A stretch of 64,000 nt of DNA from Deltaproteobacteria bacterium (lineage in GTDB: Bacteria; UBA10199; 2-02-FULL-50-16; JAJFLM01). Shown here in pieces: positions 26,639 through 34,783 of this stretch. The position numbers and the translations under genes are program-made. Within the stretch, counting starts at the first letter, position 1. Each line of letters starts with the position of its first letter. The notes below the pieces were generated by a model. The model saw nothing but the letters and a program-made list of their open reading frames with translations, had not been told where the DNA came from and searched no databases. The DNA lies in assembly GCA_021772655.1 (NCBI GenBank), contig JAJFLM010000335.1, forward strand, positions 34,941 to 98,940. Direction: 5' to 3'.

Positions 26639-27414
26639 TAAATCTCTACCACCTTTCCATCAATATCAAAGTTAGGATTGATTCCATCTGAGTAGTAACC
26701 ATAAGGATTATTATAAATCCTCGTCTTTCCAATCACTGTTTCAGTAGACTCATGAGTGTGACCAAAGAGCCATAGCTCTGGTTGAAACTCAAGAATCACA
26801 TCTTCAAGATTAGAGGCGTATGCTGGGTTAGTATCTTCTCCTCTATATTTACCATGCAAGCATTGGAAACTAGGGGCGTGGTGAGTGACTACTACTTGCT
26901 TATCGTAGTTTCCATATTCTCTATTTGAGAGTTCACTGATAATAAATCTTTTAGTTCGTTGATGGGCCTCATATAGTACGTCAGGGATAAGCTTAGCACC
27001 TCCAATCTGTCGAATAAGATGATAATCTGTCATTTTCTGTTGTGCTCTCATCATATCCATAGCATTGCCATTATTGAAATCAGTCCACAATGTACCCCCA
27101 ATAAATCTAGTATCATCAATTGTTACAGCTGTACTATCAAGAACATAAACATTATTACTATTACCTCTCTCTAGTCTCTCTTCTATTTGTTGAGGTACCA
27201 TCGGAAATGTTTCATAATAATACTCGTGATTACCTACCACATATATTACTGCTTTAAACCTTTCCGCTGCTTTTTCAATAAAAGGTACTGCATCTGTAGC
27301 CAATTCAATATCACCAGCAAGGACAAGCACAGTATCATCATCATGCTTAAGGCTAGGGATTTCAAACGGATTACCAAATTCGAGATGCAAGTCATCATAC
27401 AATCTAATCTTCAT
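26638..27414 (-). CDS. calcineurin-like metallophosphoesterase
   Basis: Motifs VLAGDI, GNHEYY, VTHHAP and GHTHE. Confidence 0.8.
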   Translation of the reverse strand: MKIRLYDDLHLEFGNPFEIPSLKHDDDTVLVLAGDIELATDAVPFIEKAAERFKAVIYVVGNHEYYYETFPMVPQQIEERLERGNSNNVYVLDSTAVTIDDTRFIGGTLWTDFNNGNAMDMMRAQQKMTDYHLIRQIGGAKLIPDVLYEAHQRTKRFIISELSNREYGNYDKQVVVTHHAPSFQCLHGKYRGEDTNPAYASNLEDVILEFQPELWLFGHTHESTETVIGKTRIYNNPYGYYSDGINPNFDIDGKVVEI

Positions 27415-27416
27415 AA

Positions 27417-27593
27417 TTAAATAAGTCCTTTAAGAAAACTTTTACAAGCAAGGAAACCAGAGGTACAAATAATTAGCGTACCTAGTTTTGGATCATAATT
27501 AAAAGCTACTCCATATAGTACAATAGTTCCTGTTATATAAAAAGTTACCATAGTAAGATAAACTACTAGTGCTGTAATTTCTTTAATTGTCAT
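27417..27593 (-). CDS. small membrane protein (58 aa)
   Basis: The internal ATG at 27593 is chosen because ATGACAATTAA overlaps the upstream stop. Two TM segments. Confidence 0.5.
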   Translation of the reverse strand: MTIKEITALVVYLTMVTFYITGTIVLYGVAFNYDPKLGTLIICTSGFLACKSFLKGLI

Positions 27594-27882
27594 TAAGTTT
27601 CTCCAATTCAGACAAATATTTGAAGGCTTCCAAGGCTTTCTCTTCAGTCTCAAACGTTTGGCACACTCTCATTAGAGAGCGTCTATTATCATAAAGTCTA
27701 CATACCTCCTTACCGCTAACTACATAACCAGCGAGGATATCATCTTTACGCGGAGGATCATCAGGTCCTCTAACCTCAAAATAACCAGAGGCAGGAGTAG
27801 ACAAAGTAAGCAGTACAATAGCGATAACAATAATTCCCACTATTGTAATATCAAGTACTTTTTGTTTAGTATTCCTAGTCAT
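27583..27882 (-). CDS. membrane-anchored protein (99 aa)
   Basis: The ATG at 27882 is preceded by GAGAGGAAG. N-terminal TM helix. Confidence 0.5.
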   Translation of the reverse strand: MTRNTKQKVLDITIVGIIVIAIVLLTLSTPASGYFEVRGPDDPPRKDDILAGYVVSGKEVCRLYDNRRSLMRVCQTFETEEKALEAFKYLSELEKLNDN

Positions 27883-27957
27883 TTTTTCTTCCTCTCTTAT
27901 TATTAATAATTGTTTGCATAAGAAAACAAACAGCAATCACCAAGCATCCAAGCTTAA

Positions 27958-28329
27958 TCATACAACATACCCTGCACAGAAGAACAATGCTGATAGTCTA
28001 ATGATTCCGAAAGGATAGAACATATTTTTCCTAATCTCCTTTGGCAATACCCCTAAACAAATAAAGGGAATAAAAATAAACCAAACTTGCTTGAATGCAA
28101 CAGCAAATGAAATCAAAGTGAGCAAAGTATAGATAAATCTAATACAAAGGACCACTCTATCCATAAGATCCTTATCTTCAATAGGGCTTTCATCTTCATC
28201 AATTCTATAAAATTCTTCCTTTCCGAGTTGCATAAGGGAAAGACCAAACATACCAGCGAGAAAAAACATTACAGTCATTATATTAATCCAATGAATGGAA
28301 AACGGAAAGTCTAACTTTACCATTTTCAT
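27958..28329 (-). CDS. multi-pass membrane protein (start uncertain)
   Basis: 123-aa ORF. A start at 28278 would avoid overlap with the 57-aa ORF upstream. Confidence 0.5.
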   Translation of the reverse strand: MKMVKLDFPFSIHWINIMTVMFFLAGMFGLSLMQLGKEEFYRIDEDESPIEDKDLMDRVVLCIRFIYTLLTLISFAVAFKQVWFIFIPFICLGVLPKEIRKNMFYPFGIIRLSALFFCAGYVV

Positions 28330-28456
28330 CTGTTACTTCAGACAAACCACCACGGTCTGCAAGATCGTAGCACAACGCGGTGGCCTCATGCCAGTCATTC
28401 TTAATTGAACGAACAGGTTTACCACCATAACTAGGCTTAAAAGTTACTTCGTACAT
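28283..28456 (-). CDS. hypothetical 57-aa protein
   Basis: Hand translation MYEVTFKPSYGGKPVRSIKNDWHEATALCYDLADRGGLSEVTDENGKVRLSVFHSLD. Below the ORF-track cutoff. Confidence 0.45.
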   Translation of the reverse strand: MYEVTFKPSYGGKPVRSIKNDWHEATALCYDLADRGGLSEVTDENGKVRLSVFHSLD

Positions 28457-28554
28457 ATTAACCTCTAGGAGTTAGCTCAAACAGCATAATAATATATGCA
28501 GTCCAAGTAACTCCTGCAATTATAAAATTAGTATCTATATCTCCAATAAATTTT

Positions 28555-28821
28555 TTAATCTTGTTCATCAATCACCGTAGAAATAAGGGTTCTCTTAATT
28601 TCAATACATTCTACTTGATATACTTCAATATTACCTTCAAGATCTTCGCAAGCTTCTCTTACATCTCTATCACTAGGGGGAGAATCAAATTGTACCGTAC
28701 CATTATCACCTTCAGCGACCCAAATAATCAGCATCTTTTTCTTCCACTGTGAATCCAACGATCCAATCTCTTTCATCCCGACAACGGAATCCATATCGGA
28801 CAGCATCGTGGCGAGTGCCAT
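28555..28821 (-). CDS. hypothetical acidic protein
   Basis: 88-aa ORF overlapping the upstream ORF by ~110 nt. An internal Met at 28734 is possible. Confidence 0.45.
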   Translation of the reverse strand: MALATMLSDMDSVVGMKEIGSLDSQWKKKMLIIWVAEGDNGTVQFDSPPSDRDVREACEDLEGNIEVYQVECIEIKRTLISTVIDEQD

Positions 28822-28885
28822 AAATAATCTCCTTTTTGTAAGCTGGCTTACAATCTTTACTATAATATAGTTTAACTATGTACAT
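28712..28885 (-). CDS. hypothetical protein
   Basis: Start placed at Met-12 (MYIVKLYYSKDCKP...). Confidence 0.4.
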   Translation of the reverse strand: MYIVKLYYSKDCKPAYKKEIIYGTRHDAVRYGFRCRDERDWIVGFTVEEKDADYLGR

Positions 28886-29063
28886 TATTTCTTTCCATTT
28901 CAATACCAAGCTCAACATCTTTAGCAGTTAGATCAACTAGTTTAGCAATACAATCAACGCAAGCTGCATTTCCTAGTATATGTTTACATTCACTTGCAAG
29001 TTTCTCACTTCTAGTTGGCGGATCAATAATTGCAAAACCATAGATAAGTTTATAGCTGCTCAC
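28872..29063 (-). CDS. hypothetical protein
   Basis: 63-aa ORF with a GTG start adjacent to the upstream stop. Confidence 0.45.
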   Translation of the reverse strand: MSSYKLIYGFAIIDPPTRSEKLASECKHILGNAACVDCIAKLVDLTAKDVELGIEMERNNVHS

Positions 29064-29300
29064 TCAATCTACCTCCATATCATCAATTATATTGTTAAGA
29101 TTACTAACTCTAGTATCAATATCTTCTTTTACTTCATGAAAAGTACTATAAGTAATATACTCACCTTCAAGATCAGAAATAATATCACCTATATCTAGAC
29201 TTAAAGCCTTAATATATTCCTGTAGGTTTTTAATTTCAGCCTCAGCTTCTTTCAATCTCTTAAAGATTCTAATTCTCAAGGTTCTTAATCCTCCTTTCAA
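29064..29300 (-). CDS. hypothetical coiled-coil protein
   Basis: 78-aa ORF. Confidence 0.5.
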   Translation of the reverse strand: MKGGLRTLRIRIFKRLKEAEAEIKNLQEYIKALSLDIGDIISDLEGEYITYSTFHEVKEDIDTRVSNLNNIIDDMEVD

Positions 29301-29511
29301 GGGCCATTACTACAAACTCAAGGTCATCGTATCGTTCCCCCATCCTAGCCTCAGCTTCATCATTAACAACAACACCACTAATCTGATCGTGCTCACCATC
29401 AAGTATTTTAACTGTAGTCTCCAGCCTCTCGATCCTATCTGCTTGGTTGAAATTAACTCCAAAACTAATAAATGCTGCAATAGCAGTAACAGTAAGAAGA
29501 AGTTCTCTCAT
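29269..29511 (-). CDS. membrane-anchored coiled-coil protein (80 aa)
   Basis: Start placed at the ATG preceded by AAGGAAAATATA, the same SD context as NAMPT. N-terminal TM helix. Confidence 0.5.
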   Translation of the reverse strand: MRELLLTVTAIAAFISFGVNFNQADRIERLETTVKILDGEHDQISGVVVNDEAEARMGERYDDLEFVVMALERRIKNLEN

Positions 29512-29530
29512 TATATTTTCCTTAAATACC

Positions 29531-29590
29531 ATTTTGTATGGCATCATGTGGGTTATAAGGCGCTCGACTTTCCTTTTTAAGTGCCTGATT
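29531..29590 (-). promoter_or_regulatory. copy 3 of the conserved ~59-nt upstream motif
   Basis: The minus strand reads AATCAGGCACTTAAAAAGGAAAGTCGAGCGCCTTATAACCCACATGATGCCATACAAAAT. Confidence 0.55.
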
Positions 29591-29629
29591 ATGCTAGGGT
29601 TTTCGTTCGCTAGGCATTCTCCTCCTTAA

Positions 29630-29815
29630 TCATACCACCGAATATCCTACAATCTTACTTTGATCTGACAGCTGTCGTCCAATAGATTCAGCTTCCTTGT
29701 GTGCTACCCTCTTATCATCAGAGAAGAAAGTAATAATCTCTCTCTTACTACCAAACGTATTGTCTGGTTGGATAAGCATTAGTGCTACCATTTCACGTCC
29801 TTGCTTAATCTTCAT
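29630..29815 (-). CDS. hypothetical protein
   Basis: 61-aa ORF. Confidence 0.5.
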   Translation of the reverse strand: MKIKQGREMVALMLIQPDNTFGSKREIITFFSDDKRVAHKEAESIGRQLSDQSKIVGYSVV

Positions 29816-29973
29816 TAGTAAATCTCCGCTGGTTTATTATGGTGAACTGTATAGATATCAGCATCAAGAATGACTGCTGTTTTCTTTAGCTCAGCTTCGT
29901 TGTCAAAAGTAATCATCGTATGATCTGTACCGTTTTCAGAATGAAAGGTAACTTCAACTAGTGTATCAGGCAT
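29815..29973 (-). CDS. hypothetical protein (52 aa)
   Basis: Start placed at the Met whose ATG overlaps the upstream stop (ATGCCTGA). Confidence 0.4.
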   Translation of the reverse strand: MPDTLVEVTFHSENGTDHTMITFDNEAELKKTAVILDADIYTVHHNKPAEIY

Positions 29974-30103
29974 GAGTTTCTTCCTCTGTTCCATCAAAGA
30001 TAACATTAACAAAGAAGTCTTCCACTACGTCAGCTTCTTCATTATGTCCTGTGTTGCGGGCTGCATCAAGTACAGTCTGAACTGCTTCCTCTAAAGTAAT
30101 CAT
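29966..30103 (-). CDS. hypothetical acidic 45-aa protein
   Basis: Hand translation MITLEEAVQTVLDAARNTGHNEEADVVEDFFVNVIFDGTEEETHA. ATGA overlap with the upstream gene. Confidence 0.4.
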   Translation of the reverse strand: MITLEEAVQTVLDAARNTGHNEEADVVEDFFVNVIFDGTEEETHA

Positions 30104-30456
30104 AGACTCTCCAAATAATTGTAAAGGTCTTCTCTCAATGCTGAAGCATGGAGAGAGTTAGTCTTCCCTGACTTAGCTCTAACATAAGCATCATTTAGTT
30201 TTTCAATAGTCCATTGTTCATCCTCATTAATACCGTAATGATCTATGATAACAGAATGAAAAATAATAATATTATTATCTATTACATGAGGAATAAACAT
30301 AGCTCCAACGGCACATCGACATCCACTATAATCAGTAGCCATAATATTTTCCCAAGGACCAAGAAAATATCTATCACTAATAAGCACATCAGATTCATCA
30401 GCATCACGAATCAATCTAATTGCCTCGGCCTTGACTACGCTATTCTTAAATCCCAT
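30100..30456 (-). CDS. hypothetical protein
   Basis: 118-aa ORF. Confidence 0.55.
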   Translation of the reverse strand: MGFKNSVVKAEAIRLIRDADESDVLISDRYFLGPWENIMATDYSGCRCAVGAMFIPHVIDNNIIIFHSVIIDHYGINEDEQWTIEKLNDAYVRAKSGKTNSLHASALREDLYNYLESL

Positions 30457-30542
30457 CTATCTATCCTTTATCTCCGGGGTGAATCACCGGTTGCCTTTAC
30501 GTATCGGCATCCGGGCTGAGAACTTGAGCGATTTCTCTAGTG

Positions 30543-30734
30543 TTATACCACCACCTCCAACCCCACAATATCTTCATTAAATATCTCTCTAAATGCTACA
30601 TCTACATCATCATCAATCATAACGGATAAATCTTCCATCTGAATCTTTGTCCTTCTACATTTCAAACAGACAATCTGTTTGAATCTAAAGAATAGTTCTC
30701 TCACTCTCCAACTACCGCAGTATGTGCAACTCAA
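30543..30734 (-). CDS. zinc-ribbon mini-protein
   Basis: 63 aa with CTYCG...CLKC. Confidence 0.5.
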   Translation of the reverse strand: MSCTYCGSWRVRELFFRFKQIVCLKCRRTKIQMEDLSVMIDDDVDVAFREIFNEDIVGLEVVV

Positions 30735-30955
30735 AGGGAAACCTCTATAATACTAATGAAGGCACGCCACCCATTCTCATCATCTTCACTAAAGTTAAAG
30801 ACTGCTATATCTTTAGCCTTAGCTTCAGCCTTATCTTCTACTACATTAAACAATCCGGCTGTATCTCCTCCCCTAAGTGGGTGAGTAGGTAGAATGTTTT
30901 CACTGTAAGCCTGTCGCTCACCAGTATCCCAGAGCTTAGGTGTACTCCATCTCAT
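30731..30955 (-). CDS. hypothetical protein
   Basis: 74-aa ORF with a 4-nt overlap to the next gene. Confidence 0.5.
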   Translation of the reverse strand: MRWSTPKLWDTGERQAYSENILPTHPLRGGDTAGLFNVVEDKAEAKAKDIAVFNFSEDDENGWRAFISIIEVSL

Positions 30956-30984
30956 TTACTCTACTCCCAAGACCCATACATATT

Positions 30985-31224
30985 TCATTCAACAATCTCC
31001 TTAATCTCTGCGCAGTCACCATACCCAGAGTAGTCATACTTTTCATTAGGCACCATGTCTTTAATTTCATTAAGAGAAATATAAGACACAAACCAATTAT
31101 AAGCATAGTCTTTAGCATCTTCAAGAGTATTAAAAATGCTGTTATCCCAGCCATGTCCTTTATTAATATAAACATGATGCTTACTATCAGCAGGTTTGCC
31201 ACCGTCATATACTTGATACTTCAT
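30985..31224 (-). CDS. hypothetical protein
   Basis: 79-aa ORF. Preferred over the Leu/Ile-rich alternative frame at 30936-31208. Confidence 0.5.
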   Translation of the reverse strand: MKYQVYDGGKPADSKHHVYINKGHGWDNSIFNTLEDAKDYAYNWFVSYISLNEIKDMVPNEKYDYSGYGDCAEIKEIVE

Positions 31225-31605
31225 TAATACTTACCTCTTCGAATAACACTTCTCGTTTTTAGATTAGGAATCGTAGGTCTAATACCAAATGCTTTACTTG
31301 TCCTCTCTGAATGTACACTAAATATTTTGAATTTCTTTTTTAAATATACAAGGCTCTCCTTCTTTAGCCTCACACACAGGGCAGCTAATTATAGTAGGAT
31401 CAAATATAATCTCTTTTTCATTAGCTCCTACAATCCCCTCTAAGGGGCTTAATATATTTAGTTGGATCGGGATACCTATTAAGAGTAGATATCTTAATGT
31501 ACCCCTAGTCTAGTCCTCCTCATCCCATATCTCCTACGATAATAAACTTATACCAAAGCATGATACCATGGATGGTACCCAAGATAGCAGGGATAGTAAG
31601 CCAGT

Positions 31606-31815
31606 TCACTTGCTCTTTTCCTTCAGCTTCTCTATATCTTTCTTATTATTATCCTTGATCCATCCAATTAAGTAACGCTCAGCCTCATCACAACAAACAG
31701 CACCACGAGTCTTCAGTTTCTCGTACTTCTGTTTGTTAGTGAGCTTATCATGCTCAGCCTGTCGTTCAATAGCCTCACGCTGTCGTACTTGCTTCCGAGT
31801 CTCGTAACTATTCAT
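31606..31815 (-). CDS. hypothetical charged protein
   Basis: 69-aa ORF. Confidence 0.5.
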   Translation of the reverse strand: MNSYETRKQVRQREAIERQAEHDKLTNKQKYEKLKTRGAVCCDEAERYLIGWIKDNNKKDIEKLKEKSK

Positions 31816-31817
31816 TA

Positions 31818-31952
31818 TTATTCTCCTTTAAGGGCCTTCATAATAGTTTTGACTATTAGATTAATATGCTTACTATCCTCAAGATTAAGACCACCTTGGC
31901 CCATCGTAGCTAGGATAGCAGTAAGCTTGGCCTCAATCACCTCGTTCTTCAT
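31818..31952 (-). CDS. hypothetical 44-aa protein
   Basis: Hand translation MKNEVIEAKLTAILATMGQGGLNLEDSKHINLIVKTIMKALKGE. Its start overlaps the upstream gene's end. Confidence 0.35.
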   Translation of the reverse strand: MKNEVIEAKLTAILATMGQGGLNLEDSKHINLIVKTIMKALKGE

Positions 31953-32118
31953 TGCTTTCATTAGTCATCCTCATTCTCCTGAATCCAGCGTTAACTACAG
32001 CCATACATAATTTGCAGATAACACCGAATACAGGCTCACCTATATTAGTGAGAGTTAGTTTCTCCTTGCACCTTAGACAATGTAAGGGCTCAAGGTTCTC
32101 ATCTAATAGATCATTCAT
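31933..32118 (-). CDS. zinc-ribbon mini-protein
   Basis: 61 aa with CLRC...CKLC. Confidence 0.5.
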   Translation of the reverse strand: MNDLLDENLEPLHCLRCKEKLTLTNIGEPVFGVICKLCMAVVNAGFRRMRMTNESNEERGD

Positions 32119-32255
32119 CTCCTTCTCCTTAGTTCATCAATCCCTAACCCTCCAATTAGGGATTAATCAACTAATAGTTTTACTTCAGCATCCCTCAGGC
32201 TCCTTGTGATATGAGAGAAAGATATCTCTCTTGTTTTGTCCAATCTTGTCTTAAT

Positions 32256-32456
32256 CTAGTAGTAACGCCTATCCTCCTCATCTTCGTCATCGAAGAGTTT
32301 CCTGAAAGCTCGGTTAACATCGCTTCCGATGCTAGCCAAAAGCAGCCTTCGCTCTCCATCCTTACCCCAAGTATGATAACAGTCTTTGCACTTGTGGTAG
32401 TCTTGCTTCCCCAAGGTAAGGAAGTTAAGACCTTTGCATTTAGGACACCGTTTCAT
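32256..32456 (-). CDS. zinc-ribbon mini-protein
   Basis: 66 aa with CPKC...CKDC. SD AGAGGAGAG upstream. Confidence 0.55.
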   Translation of the reverse strand: MKRCPKCKGLNFLTLGKQDYHKCKDCYHTWGKDGERRLLLASIGSDVNRAFRKLFDDEDEEDRRYY

Positions 32457-32475
32457 TTAATCTCTCCTCTATTAT

Positions 32476-32534
32476 AAAACACCCTCTCACCCTATGTCCC
32501 CTTCCACACACCAGTGTAAAAGTAGGGTGAGAGG
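32476..32534 (-). terminator. terminator-like hairpin
   Basis: 12-bp stem CCTCTCACCCTA/TAGGGTGAGAGG, followed on the minus strand by GTGTTTTATAAT. Confidence 0.5.
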
Positions 32535-32603
32535 TCCTTTAGTAGTACATCTACTAAAGATTCATCAATACCTAGCTCCTCCAAGCTAGGTATTAACGAG
32601 TCT

Positions 32604-32753
32604 TCAGATATTAATCACCTCATACCCAACAAGGTGAGCCTCAGCATCCAGAGACTTAAGAGCAACATGCTCAGCTTGGAACCTGGTCTTGTAGTTCTTC
32701 CAAGCTTTGAACATCTTACCGTACTTTGTGAGGTACCACACTTCCCAGTTCAT
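32604..32753 (-). CDS. hypothetical 49-aa protein
   Basis: Hand translation MNWEVWYLTKYGKMFKAWKNYKTRFQAEHVALKSLDAEAHLVGYEVINI. AAGGAG lies 7 nt upstream. Confidence 0.45.
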   Translation of the reverse strand: MNWEVWYLTKYGKMFKAWKNYKTRFQAEHVALKSLDAEAHLVGYEVINI

Positions 32754-32812
32754 TTGAGTTCTCCTTGTCGTATTCTTCAATAGCAGACTTACTAATGTAA
32801 GTAGTCATACCA

Positions 32813-33013
32813 TTAGGACAATGCCAATGCTTCATCCAACCATTGGCAGAGGGCAGATGATCCTTTCACCGGTCGAATCTTCGCTACCTCTACATCACTG
32901 CCGTCGAGCATAGCCTCAGCGTGGTAGAAAGCACCGATCATCGTCGGATGAAGATGTGAGGTAAAATGCCACACATTTTCGCTCTTCACTTCAACCATAT
33001 ATACAATAATCAT
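32813..33013 (-). CDS. hypothetical protein
   Basis: 66-aa ORF within the GC-richer island. Confidence 0.5.
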   Translation of the reverse strand: MIIVYMVEVKSENVWHFTSHLHPTMIGAFYHAEAMLDGSDVEVAKIRPVKGSSALCQWLDEALALS

Positions 33014-33120
33014 CCTCGTTCTCCTTTCTGTAGAAATATAACCCTAAAGTAAAGACTTCAAGGTTATATTAAAACAGAAAACCCCCCTAGGTGTTACCCT
33101 AGGGGGGATTCTAGTCTTAC

Positions 33121-33573
33121 CTACTCATCAAACTTGTAGGTATCGGGCAGGACACTCTCAGAACCCCACCAGTTGCCGGTACTTCCGGCCCACCGGAACC
33201 CTGCGGCCATCAGCTCGTTGTACCCATCGGTACCCTTGCCGTAGCCTGCGGTCGAGGGCGCTCCATCCTGATGCACATCCTCAGCGTAGAGATAGAGGTT
33301 GATGAAGCCGGGACGCTTACCGGGAAGAGTACAGAAACTCTTCGGTGCGGCGAGAGTCCGCTTGGTACGGGTAGCCTTGGGAGCTGCCGTACCTACCGAT
33401 CCTTCAGCCTTGGGAGCCTTCGGAGCGGCCAGCGTAGGAGTGGCGGCGATATTCGCCACTCCAATCTGCCTCTTGATCTCGGCGAGGATAGCCTCGGGAG
33501 AATCACCCTTACCCAGGAGTTCAGCAAGCTGAGTCTTGAGCATCTTGGCAGAGGTTCGCTTTGCAGTTGACAT
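33121..33573 (-). CDS. GC-rich gene: protein with an Ala/Pro/Lys-rich linker and a C-terminal DUF5710-like module
   Basis: 150 aa. AAPKAPKAEG...AAPKATRTKRTLAAPK low-complexity basic linker. The C-terminus FINLYLYAEDV...NELMAAGFRWAGSTGNWWG parallels the C-terminus of gene 21266-22012. SD TAGGAG upstream. Confidence 0.65.
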   Translation of the reverse strand: MSTAKRTSAKMLKTQLAELLGKGDSPEAILAEIKRQIGVANIAATPTLAAPKAPKAEGSVGTAAPKATRTKRTLAAPKSFCTLPGKRPGFINLYLYAEDVHQDGAPSTAGYGKGTDGYNELMAAGFRWAGSTGNWWGSESVLPDTYKFDE

Positions 33574-33682
33574 ATATTATCTCCTATACCCTAACTAAGA
33601 GGGTACTGTATGGACGGTACCTATATCTCATCTACAGTGATGAGGTGGTTCCGTCGGTCGTGCTTTCCTTTTCGGTCATTCC

Positions 33683-33965
33683 AAAAAAAACTTGAGACCT
33701 TTTTGAAATCCCGTTTGAAATCAAGGGGTTACGAGCGGAGTTGCATGTGCAACTGACCGGTAACACCCTAGATAAGTGGACGGCTATTTCCATATTCCTC
33801 AATGAAATCAATAACTTACGTCCTATAGTTATAGGGAGACCGAATTTTATCCGGGGATAAAACCAACCACCTAGAAACACAGAGAAACCTCAACGATTCC
33901 GGGCACTTGAGTGGGACTGTTGCCTATTCGCGAAGGGGGGTGGCCCCTGTTTGGGCCAATGGCAT
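33683..33965 (-). ncRNA. GC-rich structured non-coding segment ending in a terminator-like hairpin plus T8
   Basis: Minus-strand hairpins TGGCCC/GGGCCA, CTCAA/TTGAG, TTTATCC/GGATAAA, CCTATA/TATAGG and GTTGCA/TGCAAC. A GATTTCAAA duplication is present. CTTGA..TCAAG is followed by TTTTTTTT (33683-33690). No convincing ORF or SD. Class unknown. Confidence 0.3.
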
Positions 33966-34000
33966 ATCTAGTATATCATACTTGCAATTTTGTTTTTGAA

Positions 34001-34110
34001 AATAGGTGGAAAGAATCCTAACCATATACAATAATGGTTTTTATATAAAAATAGGTGGAATTAACTGTAGGGGCTCAGGATGAACCTAGATGGTTTACTA
34101 ATAGGTGTAA
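34001..34110. repeat. three direct repeats AATAGGTG(G/T)AA spaced 49-50 bp apart (iteron-like)
   Basis: Copies start at 34001, 34050 and 34100, in the non-coding gap between the mini-protein array and the GC-rich island. Confidence 0.6.
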
Positions 34111-34157
34111 CATTAGTAGTACAGTTGTATGTGCAGGTACTATGAAAGTAGTTGCTG

Positions 34158-34349
34158 TTAGAGAAGATATTTGGTGAAATTTAATAAATCAATTGCTTTA
34201 ACCAACCGTTTAGGAACAGAAGTATTACATACATTACATTTATTTCCTGCATCTGCAATTAAAGTCCTCCATTTTACTTCTTTTGTACAGTTATGTTTTA
34301 AATAGGTATACCCTTGAAGAGTTGTTAATAGAGACCATTGATCTTTCAT
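34158..34349 (-). CDS. LL-tail zinc-knuckle mini-protein, paralog (last of the array)
   Basis: 63 aa. KHNC...CNVCN...VPKRLVKAIDLLNFTKYLL-stop. Confidence 0.65.
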   Translation of the reverse strand: MKDQWSLLTTLQGYTYLKHNCTKEVKWRTLIADAGNKCNVCNTSVPKRLVKAIDLLNFTKYLL

Positions 34350-34410
34350 AATAGATTCTTGGTAAACTGCATTAGCTTTCTGGTGTGTTTTCTATTACCC
34401 AACCGTTCAT
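34346..34410 (-). pseudogene. deletion remnant of an LL-tail paralog
   Basis: ATGA-coupled start at 34410 gives MNGWVIENTPES-stop. 24 nt further on, AAG AAT CTA TTA TGA (KNLL-stop) is fused to the next gene's ATG. The two pieces are out of frame. Confidence 0.5.
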
Positions 34411-34598
34411 AATAACCTCCTTACTATATTAAGTAATTTTTTCTGTTTCAATAGCTTTTCTGGTATTTTTTTATTACAATAGATACACTTAGTTTGATCT
34501 ACCCCCATTACTATAGTAGGATAGTTTATAATATCTTTACAATAATGTCTAATAATTATAACTTCAAAAGAGAAGGATTCTAGATAGAAGCTTTTCAT
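34407..34598 (-). CDS. LL-tail zinc-knuckle mini-protein, paralog
   Basis: 63 aa. RHYC...CIYCN...IPEKLLKQKKLLNIVRRLL-stop. ATGA overlap. Confidence 0.65.
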   Translation of the reverse strand: MKSFYLESFSFEVIIIRHYCKDIINYPTIVMGVDQTKCIYCNKKIPEKLLKQKKLLNIVRRLL

Positions 34599-34783
34599 AA
34601 TAGATTTTTTGTATAATTTATTATATCTCTAAGTTTTACAAGAGATTTGGGTATTTCATTATTACATAAATTACAAGAATTAGAATATATAAAACATAAA
34701 TAATTAGGGTCTAATTTAGTGCAATAATGAGTAATAATCCATATTTTATCTCTTTCAATATATAAAATATCCCAGTTACTCAT
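34595..34783 (-). CDS. LL-tail zinc-knuckle mini-protein, paralog
   Basis: 62 aa. THYC...CNLCN...IPKSLVKLRDIINYTKNLL-stop. ATGA overlaps on both sides. Confidence 0.65.
   Translation of the reverse strand: MSNWDILYIERDKIWIITHYCTKLDPNYLCFIYSNSCNLCNNEIPKSLVKLRDIINYTKNLL

Noticed and set aside
28712-28821. Programmed -1 frameshift joining ORFs 28712-28918 and 28555-28821, which overlap by ~110 nt around GAAGAAAAAGATG.
   Set aside because: There is no canonical X_XXY_YYZ heptamer (only five A residues before the G) and no obvious downstream pseudoknot. An internal Met start for the downstream ORF explains the overlap.
30936-31208. 90-aa Leu/Ile/Met-rich ORF.
   Set aside because: It is an alternative frame of the more protein-like ORF 30985-31224.
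33632-33880. 82-aa minus-strand ORF in the GC-rich non-coding stretch.
   Set aside because: It has a non-ATG start without an SD, crosses several perfect hairpins and a hairpin plus T8 terminator, and its sequence does not look protein-like.
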